This document shows, piece after piece, positions 25,395-38,868 of a stretch of 64,000 nucleotides of DNA. The first letter of the stretch is position 1. Each line of letters begins with the position of its first letter. The stretch is from positions 62,001-126,000 of the forward strand of contig JAHBMJ010000190.1 in NCBI GenBank assembly GCA_018398765.1, written 5' to 3'. The DNA is from Chromera velia (lineage: Eukaryota). Both the position numbers and the translations under genes were made by a program. Below the pieces are notes generated by a model. The model saw nothing but the letters and a program-made list of their open reading frames with translations. It did no database searches and had not been told where the DNA came from.

Positions 25395-26675
25395 ATGCGC
25401 GAGAGGAATATTGATTCAGGATTTCATTGTACGATCTTCCAGCTCGTTTTCTCCTAGTGCAGGCCCCCTCAAGGCATGCATGCGTTTACTTTCATACATT
25501 TTCTTTCATACAGAATTCTTTTTCATACAGGATATCTTTTAAACAACACACGTGCAGGCCCCCTCGAGGCATGCATGGGCACCCCGGTTGGTTGGTTGCA
25601 TCTCCCACATGCAAGCTGCACGCTGAACCTTACTGAGATGATTCCTCCGGTCCGTCCCGACTACTGCGGGCCGTCAAAACTCACCCCTCATTCATTCATG
25701 GAAAATGCATCCACGCAAGCGCACTCACACAGAGGGAGAGGGAGAGAGAGAGTTCCCGAAATGCGATCGCGCTGACCTGCACAATTTCGAGGAAAAGGTG
25801 GCAGCCTGACAAGTACATGGTGCACGACAGGGGCCCCCACACGTCCAAACTTGCGCCCCGCAGAGCCTCTCTGTCCACCACCTGTCCTCCTTCTGCCCCT
25901 TCTGCCCTCGTCAGACCCTCCGCCGCGAAGAAACAGAAAGAGCAGATCACTGCCAGAGAGACAACCAGCACGTTTCGCACGGAGACAGGACTCAGGGGGC
26001 GACCCTGCAGGCGTGAGTGCCGTTTCGTTGATGGACAAACAGGCAAAAAAGCGCATGGGGGCCTGCATGAGCCCTACGCTGGTATCCGCCTTACCTCGGC
26101 TGCATTAGGGACGTCTTCACAACCACCGCAAGAAAACAGGAAGAAGACAGGACTCCCTCCCACGGACCGAACCGAAATGAAGGAAGCCGCAGACTCCCCC
26201 CCCCCACACGCTTGCTGGCTGGTGCATTTCCCTCATATGGCATTCATTGTCATACAGAGCGTTGATGTATACATACATAAAGTCTGTATGACAACATACA
26301 TACATGCATACATACATACACAAAAGAAATCTGTATGACAATGAATGCTCGCGCACATACCTGCACGGCCATGTCGAGGAAATGCCACCTGACGCACGCA
26401 AGGACCTACCTGCACGGTCATGTCGAGGAAATGCCACCTGACGCACGCAAGGACCTACCTGCACGGTCATGTCGAGGAAATGCCACCTGAACCCCTCAAA
26501 GGCCCTCCAGCTCCTCCAGGTCGACAGCTGCTCCAGGAGGGCCCTCACAGGAGGCGCCTTGGCGATTTCCTTCTCCTCTGCGCATGCAGACGCACGCTCA
26601 TTCATGCCAGGAAAATAAATGAAATGAAAAGAGGGGGGTTGCTCAGAAGATGAAATGATTTCCTTTCTTTTTTGT

Positions 26676-26715
<40 letters not shown>

Positions 26716-26734
26716 ACATACACACACACACACA

Positions 26735-26774
<40 letters not shown>

Positions 26775-26995
26775 GATGAAAGAAGAACCAGAAGAGAAGA
26801 GAAGAGAAGAGAAGGGAAGGCAACGAGACGACGACAAAGTCCCCCCGTCACACGCAGAGGGACCGACAGGAAAATGGGTGCATGGAGGACCCTCTCTCTC
26901 TCATTTTTGTTCTCTCTTTCTCTCTCTCTCTCTCTCTCTTTTTTTTTTTTCTTGTTCTCTCTCTCTCTCTCTCTGTGTGTGTGTCTGTACATTCT

Positions 26996-27046
<51 letters not shown>

Positions 27047-28244
27047 TGTGTGATGTGCTAACCTGCTGATGAGACCAAAAGGAGCAGCCGCATCCCTCCT
27101 CTCTCTGCAAACGAAGTAGCTGCCTTTCCGTCCAGCAGAGCGAGGCAGAGGGCCTGCAGGCGCTCCACGCCTGTCCGAAAGTCGTCAGACAGAAAATCCT
27201 CCTCGCTGTCTACACGCCGTTGTTTGCACATGAGTATCTGTTCCATGAGGAAGCAGAGAGGATTCGTCAGCTTCACCGCCTGCCTCATCAACTCTCCGAA
27301 GACCTCCCTGATGCCCCTCACGCCCAAATCCTCCGCGATGTACTCATCACTCACCTGCAGGCCCATAAAAACGGATGCAGACAGGCAAGCAGATAGACAC
27401 AACAAAGAATACAGTCGATTGCATGAAGACAAGAGCAACTCAATCAGGAAGAGTTAATTCTGCGTGCAAGCGCCTTCTTTGTATCTGTATCTGACTCAGT
27501 CTGCAACTTGTGCATGATCAGACGGCGTTCGAAGCTTTTAATTAAACTGCATGAAACCAGGGTTATACAGAAACACAGGAACAGAACGAACGGATTCCTT
27601 TTCTTTCGTCGTGGCCATCTGAGTCTTTAATTGACGTGCCAGGAGGGAAACCAAATGCGCAAATCTACTTTGCCACGTAGTGAATCCAGGCAAACGCACA
27701 CGCACATACAATTTCCTCTGTGCATGTGCTGACCGCCATCTGTAGCAAAAGAGAGGTGAGCCAGGGCCCCCTCCCGCTCTCCTTTTCCCTCTCTGTTTCG
27801 TCGTCATTTTCCTCTGCCATTCTACCGCCCCTGCTGAGACACTGCCCCAGGTTTCCCCCTTTCCGAATGTACTTTTGCAAAATTCTGCGTTCTGGGACCT
27901 TCAGGTTGGAAACCGGAACCTGCCGTCTCTCGATCGCCTCAAGGACCACACACGCAGCCTCGGAGTCCCAAATCCGATCGTAAATCTCGTCCTGCACACA
28001 GACGGAGGCCGGCTCTTCCGTTTTCACACATAGCGGCAGGCGCAAGACGCGGGTAATTAGCGAAGAAGACAGTGAGCAGACTGGATGCAGAAGGAAAGAA
28101 CGGAGATTAACGACAAAGTTGGGCAGGCGGGGACAGAACGAAAAAAGGGCGGAACACAAAAAAAGGGGGGGCACAGCATACAGATAGACTGAAAGTGCAG
28201 GCATTTTGAAACGTCTGCATGTGACGGGATTCTCACACGAACAA

Positions 28245-28275
<31 letters not shown>

Positions 28276-30800
28276 AAGTGGGAGATGCCGATCTATGCGC
28301 AGGTTGCTGGTCCCTCAAAGGCTGCTTCTCGGTTGGCCGCTTTTTCGTCCCAACCAACATTGTCGAACTGCACAATGAATGGCTGTTTATATCTATCTGT
28401 GCATTCCTGACTTACGGTTGCAAAAACGGAGAAGAACGGAAGGTCGAGAGCCGCACCCTTTTGAATAAGAAACCGCACCAGCGGTCCTTCAGAATTCATC
28501 ACAGCAAACTGGAGAGCAGTGGTTTCCTGCAGTTCGGGGACACCGGAAGGAAAATAATCGTGAAGGTTGAAGTTTAACGCCTCACACGAAAACAAAGCCA
28601 TGTTCGCGAGCAAAGCTTGATGTTTTCTTGAAAAGAAGAAAGGCAGCTCCCAAGAAACTCATTCTCTCTTCGTCAGTGTCGGTGTCGGCACAAAAAAGGG
28701 ATACGAACTAGGTAAGATCGAAGAATAAGAATATTTGCGATTTCGGGCCGGGTTGCATCATACGACAATGTGTTCTTTGAAACCGAAATATGTGGGCCAA
28801 TGGGCCCTGCAGTGTGCGTGTCATCCCATGCATGTGTCTGTACGAAATTTCATTCATCTCCGTTCCCCTTTCACTTCACTGACGGACATCTTGTGATTGG
28901 ACGTCAACAGCCGCACCTCTCTCGACGAGGAGACGCGCGAGGTCCAGGAGGCCGTCTCTTGCAGCAAGATGGAGGGGAGACCGTCCCTGAAGGAAGGAGG
29001 GGGCGTATCGATTCCTTTCACGCAGAACCAAAAACGCATGAACGGCAGAGAGACAACCAGTACAGAAAAATGGAGATGTGCAAAGCAGAGAAAGAGAAGA
29101 CAGAGATGCGGGGAGAAGAAGTAAGAGAACAGACGTATGGGTGGAGAGAATAAGGTGAAAGAAAGAGAGAACAAGGAAGGAGAACGCATGTCAATTACCC
29201 TACTGACTGCCATCTGACTGCCTGACTGATTGACCTCCCTGTCTACCGCGTTCACATCTGCGCCTTTCTCGATGAGGAGAGACACCAGTCTTGAAGAAGC
29301 ACGTCGCGCCACGGCCACATGAAGGGGAGTGTTGCCCTGCAATTGAATTGGAAGGAGAGAGATGAAAGGACGACTGTTGCCAAAAACACAACAGAAAGAA
29401 ATATGTGCGCTGGGGTCGGTCCCCACAATAAGGAAGGCCAGCAGTCCCCTCGATCGGGGCTTGAGGGCCTGTTCTTGGAATGCATGCATGTCATGTTGGC
29501 TGTTCGAGGGAGGTGGGGTTGGACAGAGGCCCGATCTGGAGGGACTTGGAGACTGCAGAGTCGTCTGAACGATCTCTTCTCTTCTCTCCTCTCCTCTTCT
29601 CTTCTCTTGTCTTCTCTCCTCTTCTCTTCTCTTCTCTTCTCTTCTGTTGTCTTGTCTTGTCTTGTCTTGTCTTCGCTTCTCTTCTCTTCTCTTCTCTTCT
29701 CTTCAGGGTCTGCAGATGACAATTCTTCCCGTGCCCACACATGCAAATATGCACAGGCCACGCAAAAGTGACTGCCCGGAAGGAAACCACCGCGTCTGTG
29801 TAGAGACACACATTGACGCACACAATCATACACACACACTGACTGGCTGACTGACTGACTGAATGAATGAGTGAGTGACACAGACTGACTGCTGGACTGA
29901 ATGAGTGACAGACAGACAGACTAAGCGACTGACCAGACCGTCCGAAGCGTTAACCTTTGCCCTTTTTCTGAGTGCAGCTTTCACTCTTTTCATCCGTGTA
30001 GAAGCTGTCAGGGTCAACGAGCTCGGCAATCTCCCGTCAAGGTCTGGTAGAGACTCCGAGTCGTCTTCAGTTTTTTTGTCGTGTTGCCTTTCTTTTTGAT
30101 TTCTTTCCTGAAAATCTCCTTTGTCTTCTGCTCGCTGCTGCGCTTCATCGTCTTCCCCCTCCCCCCCCCCCCCCCCCTCGTCCTCGTCCTCTTCATCATC
30201 GTCATCGTCAAGAGCTTCAAACAGCTCTCTTGTCGGTTCGTCTGCAAAATTGGATTTGAACACGAAAGACCCAAGTAGGTCTAGCTGCATGGATCGATGC
30301 ATGATCGATCGATCGATCAGTGCCTTGAAAATATTTCTCTTCTCTCCCAAACCTCCGATGGTGTGCATACACAGAATTGCTGCAGGTTCGTTCCTTCGCT
30401 CACTCGGAAAATAATTCAGTCTTGTCTTGTCACATCTTGTCGCTGCTTTTTTTCACAAAGCACCCTTCCAAACATCCAACGGCATGAAGAAGTTGATACG
30501 AGGGATCATCACGTGAAGGAACACTCTCGCAATGCACGCATCTTTCACTCCCTGAGTCGAGGATGTGCTTACCAAGGCCCCTCAACACTCCCGCAACGTC
30601 CCCATCTGTAGTCGAGAACTCCAGTCTGCCCGTGACCTGTCTGTATCTGTCTCCGAGAAGGGAACAACTCCCGAGAGGGAGGCGCGACAGCCGACGAGAA
30701 AACCCTGCAGCGACCCCAGAGTGAAACCCGAACGACCTTCCCTGCATCCACACAGACAATTCGTCCGCTCGTTCGAAAACCAAGCAGAAGATCACCAAAC

Positions 30801-30842
<42 letters not shown>

Positions 30843-31640
30843 CTGACAGACCGACAGACCGACAGACAGTCACGCATGCAGGTAGTCAGGCAGGCAGGCA
30901 GGCAGGCAGGTACTGAGGTAGGAAGGAGGACACACAGAAAAATAGACAGATAGGCAGACCGACAGGTACGCAGGCAGAGGGAGACAGAAAGAGAGAGACA
31001 GCCATAAAGAGAAAGAGAGGAAGAGAGAGAGAGACGGTCGGTCAGACGACGGATTTTTTCACAACAGAAGAGGACAGCGCAGTGCAGCCCCCCAATTCGC
31101 GCAACCATGCCATGGTACAAGCGGAGCCAGACATCGAGAGGGTGTCTAGCTCAGGATAGATAGACACACGTGAAGACAAGACACACGCAGTGACCCATTT
31201 TCGACCCATGAGACTTCGATGATTTGCGGTGCAGCAATCTTGTTCTGTTTTGGCAAAGAACGAACAACAACCCGCCCTGCAGGAACGCCGCCTGGCACGT
31301 TCTGGACACCATGCACTGCAATAAAGTAAGTGTAACAAGTGCGCAGTTGCCCCCCGATCGTTTGGACACCCAGAGTTGTCAGCGAACGGGCAGAAACCCG
31401 GCCACATACACAGAAAAACAAGTGCTACACGCACCCTTTATCAATCGATGTACAATGACAGCACACAGCGTCGACGTACCTCCTGTGCGACCCTGTGAGA
31501 GGTCCCAGAGGGCCCCGGCAATCCGCCATCATCAGGGGAGTTCAGAGGGTACGCACGGTCGCGCTCAGACTGCATGAAGGAGAAGGGCACATTAAGGGAA
31601 GACCTCTCTGCCTTCTCGTCCTGCTCTGCGTCTTTGTCTT
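17610..31640 (-). CDS. Ankyrin-repeat TRP-like cation channel, multi-exon; both ends uncertain
   Basis: Ankyrin exons [32 protein letters not shown] (~29234-29337) and [27 protein letters not shown] (~28415-28545). S2-S4 has SPWNALE and LRHFGPRV (~24765-25002). S5/pore [13 protein letters not shown] (~23964-24133), S6 [22 protein letters not shown] (~23274-23451), then TRP-box-like [18 protein letters not shown] and LPPF. Confidence 0.78.
18983..19063. mobile_element. 81-bp palindromic mini-element with 29-bp inverted arms TGCATTTACTTTCAT(A/G)CAGAATTCTTTTT; member of a dispersed family
   Basis: The arms match at 28/29 positions. Related copies lie at ~25480-25535, 37915-37968, 39665-39900 and 54262-54412. 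Confidence 0.6.
21367..23312. repeat. ~845-bp near-identical duplication (21367-22210 vs 22470-23312) with a 105-bp tandem triplet (22169-22468) between
   Basis: Identical ORF translations in both copies. The junction is a single N at 22469, suggesting a contig-overlap artefact. Confidence 0.85.
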
Positions 31641-32629
31641 GTTTGATGCCTGTCTATCTGTCTATCTTGTCTCCTTTTTTGCCATCTGCTGTGTCTGTGT
31701 GCCTGTCTACTGGCCGGCTCGGGTGTCTAACTGATCAAGTGGGAAGTGCACTGACTGACCTGAGGGGTATCTATATATCTGAATATGTGTGTGCTGTATC
31801 TGTGAATGAATACAAGCGTGTTCTGCATCATGTGGGATGAATAGATAAGCTGATTGGAAAGGGAAAAGTCAGGAAGTGACCTGGGTGTCCTCTTCTGTCG
31901 CCACCATGATGTGCTGCCCGGAGGGCCCTTTCTGACTTCCTCAGTCTGCCACGCGTGCAACACACTTTTTCGTTTCCTGCCCCTGGAGTTTCCGGTCGTT
32001 CTTACAGAGAACGGCCTCGACTTCTGCGTGTTCTTTTTGCTTCACTCTTCTTCCGGCTAAGGGATTCTTCCTATTGTGGAAGCGGAGAGCTCTCGAGAAG
32101 CAAACAGTTAATTGAATGAATTCACTGAACGCATGACAAAAATGTGGTTCTGAAAGGGGCGCGCGCGTTTGCGCGCGAAAAGGTACCTTTTGGCGTCCCC
32201 AACCGGATCCATGCATGCACCATGCATGGACGGATTATGTCCAATTAACTCCGATCGTCGGACGCATATGCTGCAGCATTGCTGCTCTCCCTCTTCCGGT
32301 CGACACATCGATGGATAGCCCTTTCATCCACGCGAATGTGAGCAAGCAGACTTCGCTGCATGGCAGAGGCCACTGTCAGATCGACGTGAACTAAAGAGAG
32401 GAGATCGATCGAGAGAGAGGAAGTCACGCAGATTCTATGGAAGTCATGCGGACTCTCCCTCCGTACATGCACTGACATAGGCGCATAGTATGTCCGTATC
32501 AGCATCGATCCTTCCTGACAGCACCCCTTTGCTCTATTGACAGAACCAAAAAGAAAGAAGGACACCCAGTTTTATATACACAGACTTGAAATTCGTCTGC
32601 TTCATTTGTCGAAAGGTGAGCGTCTCGCA

Positions 32630-35234
32630 ATGGAAAGACAAAGGAGTCCCGCAGAAGCCGAATCAGGCGCACTTCTGCTTATGCGACACGGATCTCTCGT
32701 AAGTTCCCGAAGATCATCCAAGAAGGTCTCTATCATGGAGGACGAAAACATTCTGCACATGGTAGAGAAGTTGAAACTAGAAGTGAACCAAGAACCACCG
32801 GTCCTATGTGACCCTTCGCAAAAGAGTCCCGAGTTCTTCCTCGAGAACGCGGGCTCTCCATCTGAAAGCCCGCGCAAAGCCCCAGAACAAGCTGCAGACG
32901 AAAGTGACAATGAAAGCAGCGCCATGGACCGAACCGGATCGACCTCAAGTTTGATGAACCCTGACAGAAGCCCGAAGATGGGTTCGGGTATTCGTCTGCA
33001 GTTCCAGCGTGAGGTGTCGAACACTTCAAACTCTGCCATGGACACTTCCTTGAGTACCCTGTCCATCGACATGCGGGGGCTGACCTTCACTCCGGACGGC
33101 GTGGACTGTGATGATGTGGATCCAGGACTTGGCAAGATCAGACAAGGACTTCTTCTGGTAGGTTGGTTGGTTGATTGGTTGGTTGGTTGGACTGTGATGA
33201 TGTGGATCCAGAACTTGGCAAGATCAGACAAGGACTTCTTCTGGTAGGTTCGTTGGTTGATTGGTTGGTTGGTTGGACTGTGATGATGTGGATCCAGAAC
33301 TTGGCAAGATCAGACAAGGACTTCTTCTGGTAGGTTCGTTGATTGATTGGTTGGTTGGTTGGACTGTGATGATGTGGATCCAGAACTTGGCAAGATCAGA
33401 CAAGGACTTCTTCTGGTAGGTTGGTTGGCTCGTCGGTTCTTTGGTCCTTTCATTCAGTTTTCTTCAATGACATTCAGATAGACTGCATTGATCCAATATG
33501 AAATCTTCAACAGACACCGTGCAGAAAGAACGAGAGAAAGAGACAGAGACGGACAAGCATGTATACATTCCCAAAGGCCGTGGACAAAGAGGAAGAATTG
33601 GGTTTATTTTTTAAGAGCAGACAAGCAGAGAGAGACGAATGAATCCCTGGGGTCCTCATCCCTGCATACACACAGAGACGCGGGGTGCGAAACATGCACG
33701 AAGCCAAAAGGGGAGAGGAGCAAGCAGGAGAATGCGTGTTGGTTGATCCCACAGGCAGACGAAAAGGAATCACGAAAGGTCTCTGTTGGAGGCATGCACA
33801 AACAGAGGAGGACACACCCCTTGGTCAAACAGCAGCACGAAAAGGCAGAGAATGAAATAAATCACGTATGCTCCTGGGGGGACAGGTAGTAAGCGTCCTC
33901 CAATGTCTTGGGTGATGCGGAATTTAAACAATTGGACTGAGGAACAAGAGAAACGGCTGGACTTGAAAGAAGAAAGCCAGAAAGAATGCAACCGGCACAC
34001 ATGAATGAACACAAGAATACACACTGCATAATGGAAATTTCCAGAAAGAATACAACCGACATACAGAACAATACAATTGTACATTCTACAATACAATACA
34101 GAAAGAATACAACCGACATACAAACGCCGCCTGGAGCTTTTTGCTTCATTTGCAGTTTTTCCTTTTTAAATTTCTCTTTTTCTTTTCTTTCTCTCCTTTC
34201 TCCCCGCAGGACTCCCTCAAGAAAGCCCTCGCGAGCGGAACTTAAAAAAATACGATCGGGCGGGCAATGGTGTGTGTGTGTGTGTGTGGGTTCGTTCTCT
34301 CTTCTCCTTTGATCGGTGGCCCTGCTTTTCTTCCCGTCTATCTTTTGACAGAGAACGAGGGAACGGAAATTCGTATGAGAAACAGATGAGAGGAGAGCAG
34401 ACACTTTACAGAGGAAAACCCGGAGAGACAGTCGGCAGAGGAAAAGCTCGTGGACAGGATTGTGTGGGAAGCGTATCCATGTCGGTGTGGCTGTCTGTTT
34501 TCCTAAATTTTGTGGATGCGGACATTCGAATGGGAAGAGAGGAGTGCATAAGAGTTCGTACGTACACGTTGATGTATGGAATCTGTGTGCAGTACGAGCA
34601 GCTGCTCAAAATCACGCCGGAGCCAGAAAGATTCCTTCAAATGGTCTGTCGGTCTGTCGTTTTTTTTTTTTTCCGAAGCCAGAAAGATTCCTTCAAATGG
34701 TCTGTCGGTCTGTCTACCAGAAAGATTCCTTCAAATGGTCTGTCGGTATGTCTGTCTATCAGTCAGTGAATCTCTTTCATCAGCCATGCAGTCAGCAACA
34801 ACCCAGAAAGAGCACAGCAGAAGGAGGGAGCTGTGCGGAAGGGAGGGAGACAGAAAGCCAAAAAATTCCAATGAAGAGGCGATTGGGGCCGGTTAGTCAG
34901 GGAACTAGACTGCATGTGCGGCTTGAACCTGGACAGGGTGGTTTTGCAATACATACAGCCATTAATAGAATAGAAAGCCCCCATGCACCCGAACGCCGTG
35001 CAAAGCAAAATAAAAGAAAGACGAAATTCAATTGGCCTTAGACGGCGGGTACGTGTCAAGCACGCAAGCACGCAAGAACGCAAGCAAGCAAGCAAGCAAG
35101 AAAGCAAGAAAGCAAGAAAGCAAGAAAGCAAGAAAGCAAGAAAGAAAGCGGCATGGATAGAAGCAGGTGAAGGAAGAAGACAATTAAGTGCACAGTCAGT
35201 CGATGGACACGACACCATGCAACTCTCTTTCAGG

Positions 35235-35272
<38 letters not shown>

Positions 35273-36488
35273 CCGATCGAAAAAGCAGACAAACACTTGC
35301 ATGTGTTCAAACGCTCGAGCTTCGCACACGTTTTGCATGTATGTCTTTTGACGACTTTTTTGGGGGCGCTCCATCAGGCGGCTCGCGGTCGTCGGAAAGT
35401 TCTCTTCTTCGTGGAAGAGCTTTGGGGCAACCCCCTGCAGAAGAAGACAAAGGCGCAGCCAGAGGCAGAAGAGAGAGACATAGGGCGACTTGCAAAACGA
35501 GATAGTGATGCGGCAGGGACCGCAGGGGGAAGGGGAGGGGGGCACGTGAGAACGGAACTGAAAGACGAAAGCGAGGGCGAGTATCTTCACGCGTCGCTCA
35601 GGCAGACTCTCCTCCCGCAAATCGCACTCACACGGAATCAGCTCCTTGCCTCCCATCCCGTTGTGGACTTTATCTCTGTCAGTCCTTCCTATGCACATCA
35701 ATCAATGAGGTGTCGCTGCGCAAGCGTTCACATCTTCTCTTTCTGTTGTCTCTCACTTGGTGGCTTTCAGTCGTGTGCGATCGACAGATTAGCTGAAGAA
35801 TGAAGCCGGGGGGAGGCGAGATAAGTGGGTTGACGGGAGAAAGTCATCGGAAGTGCAGGAGAGGTCAAATGAGATTTTCTTTTTTTTCTGTTTTGCATTT
35901 ACTTTCAGGAGAGGTCAAACGGGATTTTCTTTCTCTTCTTTCTTCCTTCCAGAGAGCTGGTTCACCTTTTTTGAGCGTTTTGGTGGTCAGCAGGTGTGTG
36001 CGCAAACCAAAGTGTCCTTGTGATCCGCCACAGGTTCACAATCCCTCCTGGAACCTGCATGTGCGTAGTAGAAATTGAGTGCAGCGAGTAGCTCTTCGGG
36101 TGATGCAATCGTTCCCGTGTTGCCCCAAGGCAACCCGGTGTCCATGAATGAGTTGCGCAACCTTCTGGTTGATTATTTTGTAAATCTGCGGTGGTCTGCC
36201 TGCTACCTCGGTGCGTTATATGACCGATCTCTCCTCCTCCGAATATTCATTCATTCATGCAGATCAAGAAGTGGGACTTGTTTGCCAGAAGGAGCAACAC
36301 CGTGATTCAGGGCCTCACAGCACTGATGGTGAGTGAGTCGGTCAGACAAGAGCAGTAAAAGAGCGAGAACAGAGACGTCAAGAATCCAAAAAAATAAAAT
36401 TTCTTCTGCATGAGGGAGAGACCCAAGACGAAAAGAGAGTACTGGGACACAGAAGACAAGTAGGAGAACGAAAATTTCACGTCAGATG

Positions 36489-36550
<62 letters not shown>

Positions 36551-36583
36551 CGCAGAAAGACAAAGGGATGGAAAGAGCCAGAA

Positions 36584-36624
<41 letters not shown>

Positions 36625-38823
36625 TACAAAAGGTTTACCTCACACCAACGACGAAAAGAGAAATTGGCAGACACATGACGGTCCGACTTTCGGTCAGGGA
36701 CGAGAGAGAGAGAAGCGGACGAAAGCATTGCATCAAACAAATGGAAGGGGAATGAGGCGTCAGCACTCGATCGAGTCTTTGATCAGAGCTGGAAAGGGAA
36801 GCAGCCGGGCAGACATGATGCACTTGTTAGATGAACGAAGGAGGGAAATCTGCAAATGCGCATTCTTCGATTTATCGTCCTTTTCTTCATGCGCTTCTTG
36901 TTTTTTCTGCCTGCCTGCAGGTGATTTCATTTTCTCTGGGAACCCTGATTCTCGTCGGAACGTCGTCGCCTTGGGTGGCGTTTGGGTGCAGGGCCCTCTC
37001 GTGTGGGCAGTTGCACTGACTCTGTTGGGCCTTGTCGTTTGGCGCTGTTCAGTACAGATCAGGGGACAATGTACAGCAGACTTCGTTGGGCCTTTCCGAC
37101 TGCCCTTCTCGTTGTGCGTCCCCTTTCACTTGAGCATTCCTATGAACCGCATCCGCATCGCTGGGGTTGTTTTGGTGCTGACAGAGGCCGGCATTGAGCT
37201 GTCACACGGGCATATTGGAGAAGGACAGCACCTTGAGACGATCAGCGTGAAAAGAGCGTTGAACCCTGAGGCTATTGAGGCGACCCTGACGGGAATTCTG
37301 ATTTGGATCGCCTCCTCGGATGCGTTCATTGCGACAAAGGGAGCGCAACGAGTGATGTTCATCATTTCTTCCCTAGCGAAGGAGTTTGTGTTTTTCTTTC
37401 CGATTCTGGTCTGTTCGATCGTTGCTTTGATCGACAATCATTTTTTTTCTTTCATTCAAGTGACCTGCCTGCCTTGGCTTAGGAATTTCCGTCTGTTTCT
37501 CTGTCTGTCTGATCTGGTCTGTCCGTCTGTCTGTCCAGTGATTTGCGTGTCTCTTGGTCCCGTTTTCTCCCTGTTGCCTGCCTCTTGGCTCATCGGTTCT
37601 TGTGCCTCTACGCCCGAAGGTTTACTGTAAGGGGACCTGAGGATCCAGGCTGGCACAGTCCAAAGAAAGTTGAATGGAAATGGACAAGACGAAAAGAAAG
37701 CATTCTCTTGGAATTCTTCAAGCGGGGCAGAATTAAGAGACAGAAACTGCCTGCACCTAGAGCTCGGCAAGCTGCTTCCTGTTCAAATAAGGGGCTCTTT
37801 GACCGTTCGCTACCGATCCACGCATTGATAAAGCCAGTCGATCGTTGTTGTCGAGTGGCAATGGCCGGCCACTCTCTCTTTCCTTTTTCGTCTTGGATCG
37901 CTGATCCAGGACAGATGCATCTTTTCATACAGAATTCTGTATTCTGTATTCTGTATGAAAAAATGCATAGATCGCTGAGGACAGCAGATGCATCGATCTT
38001 TCATATTCGTCCGTCACATGTCGTCGTCTCAACGTTCTCTTCTCCCCTGCACCGCACGCAGCTCTTCGTGGTGATTGGATTCGCTCAAGTGATGACGGAG
38101 ATGGAAAAAGACAGGGACTCCGAGGGCTTCGGGAATATGGCAAGCTCCGTCATTACCCTCACCGCATTCTTATGTGAGTGAGTTTGGCAGTGTGTGAGTA
38201 AGTGAGTGAGTGAGTGAGTGGGTGAGTGAGTGAGTGGGTGAGTGAGTGAGTGAGTGAGTGCAGGTAAATGTGAGAGTGAGTGAGTGAGTGGGTGAGTGAG
38301 TGAGTGAGTGAGTGAGTTTGTGGGTGAGTGAAAGAGTGAGTGAGTGAAAAAGTGAGTGAGTGAAAGAGTGAGTGAGTGAGTGAGTGAGTGAGTGAGTGAA
38401 AGCGTGAGTGAGTGAAAGCGTGAGTGAGTGTCAGTGAGTGAGTGAGTGAGCGAGCGAGAGGGAGGAAACTTCGATGAGGTTTTGAGGGAGTTGGTTTATG
38501 AGTGCGAGGCTCTATCCTTTTGTCTTGAGGAGCTGAGGGGCCCTCTCTCTTCCACCAACAACCCTTCTTTAATTCCTGCATGTGCTGATCGAAATACTCC
38601 GTCTGACCTCTGCATGACACGTTCGGCTGTGCATGTGTCAATTTAAGTTTTTGGCTTCAAATTGCTTCCAGCAGCTTCCAAAGCTGTAAAGTACTCAGCC
38701 CTCCTGTCTGCCTCTCTCTCTCTCTCTCTCTCTCTCTCTATTTGTATGTATGTGTGTGTGTGTGTGTATGTGTGTATGTGTGTGAGTGTGTGAGTATGCG
38801 AGTGTGTGAGTGTGTGAGAGAGT

Positions 38824-38868
<45 letters not shown>

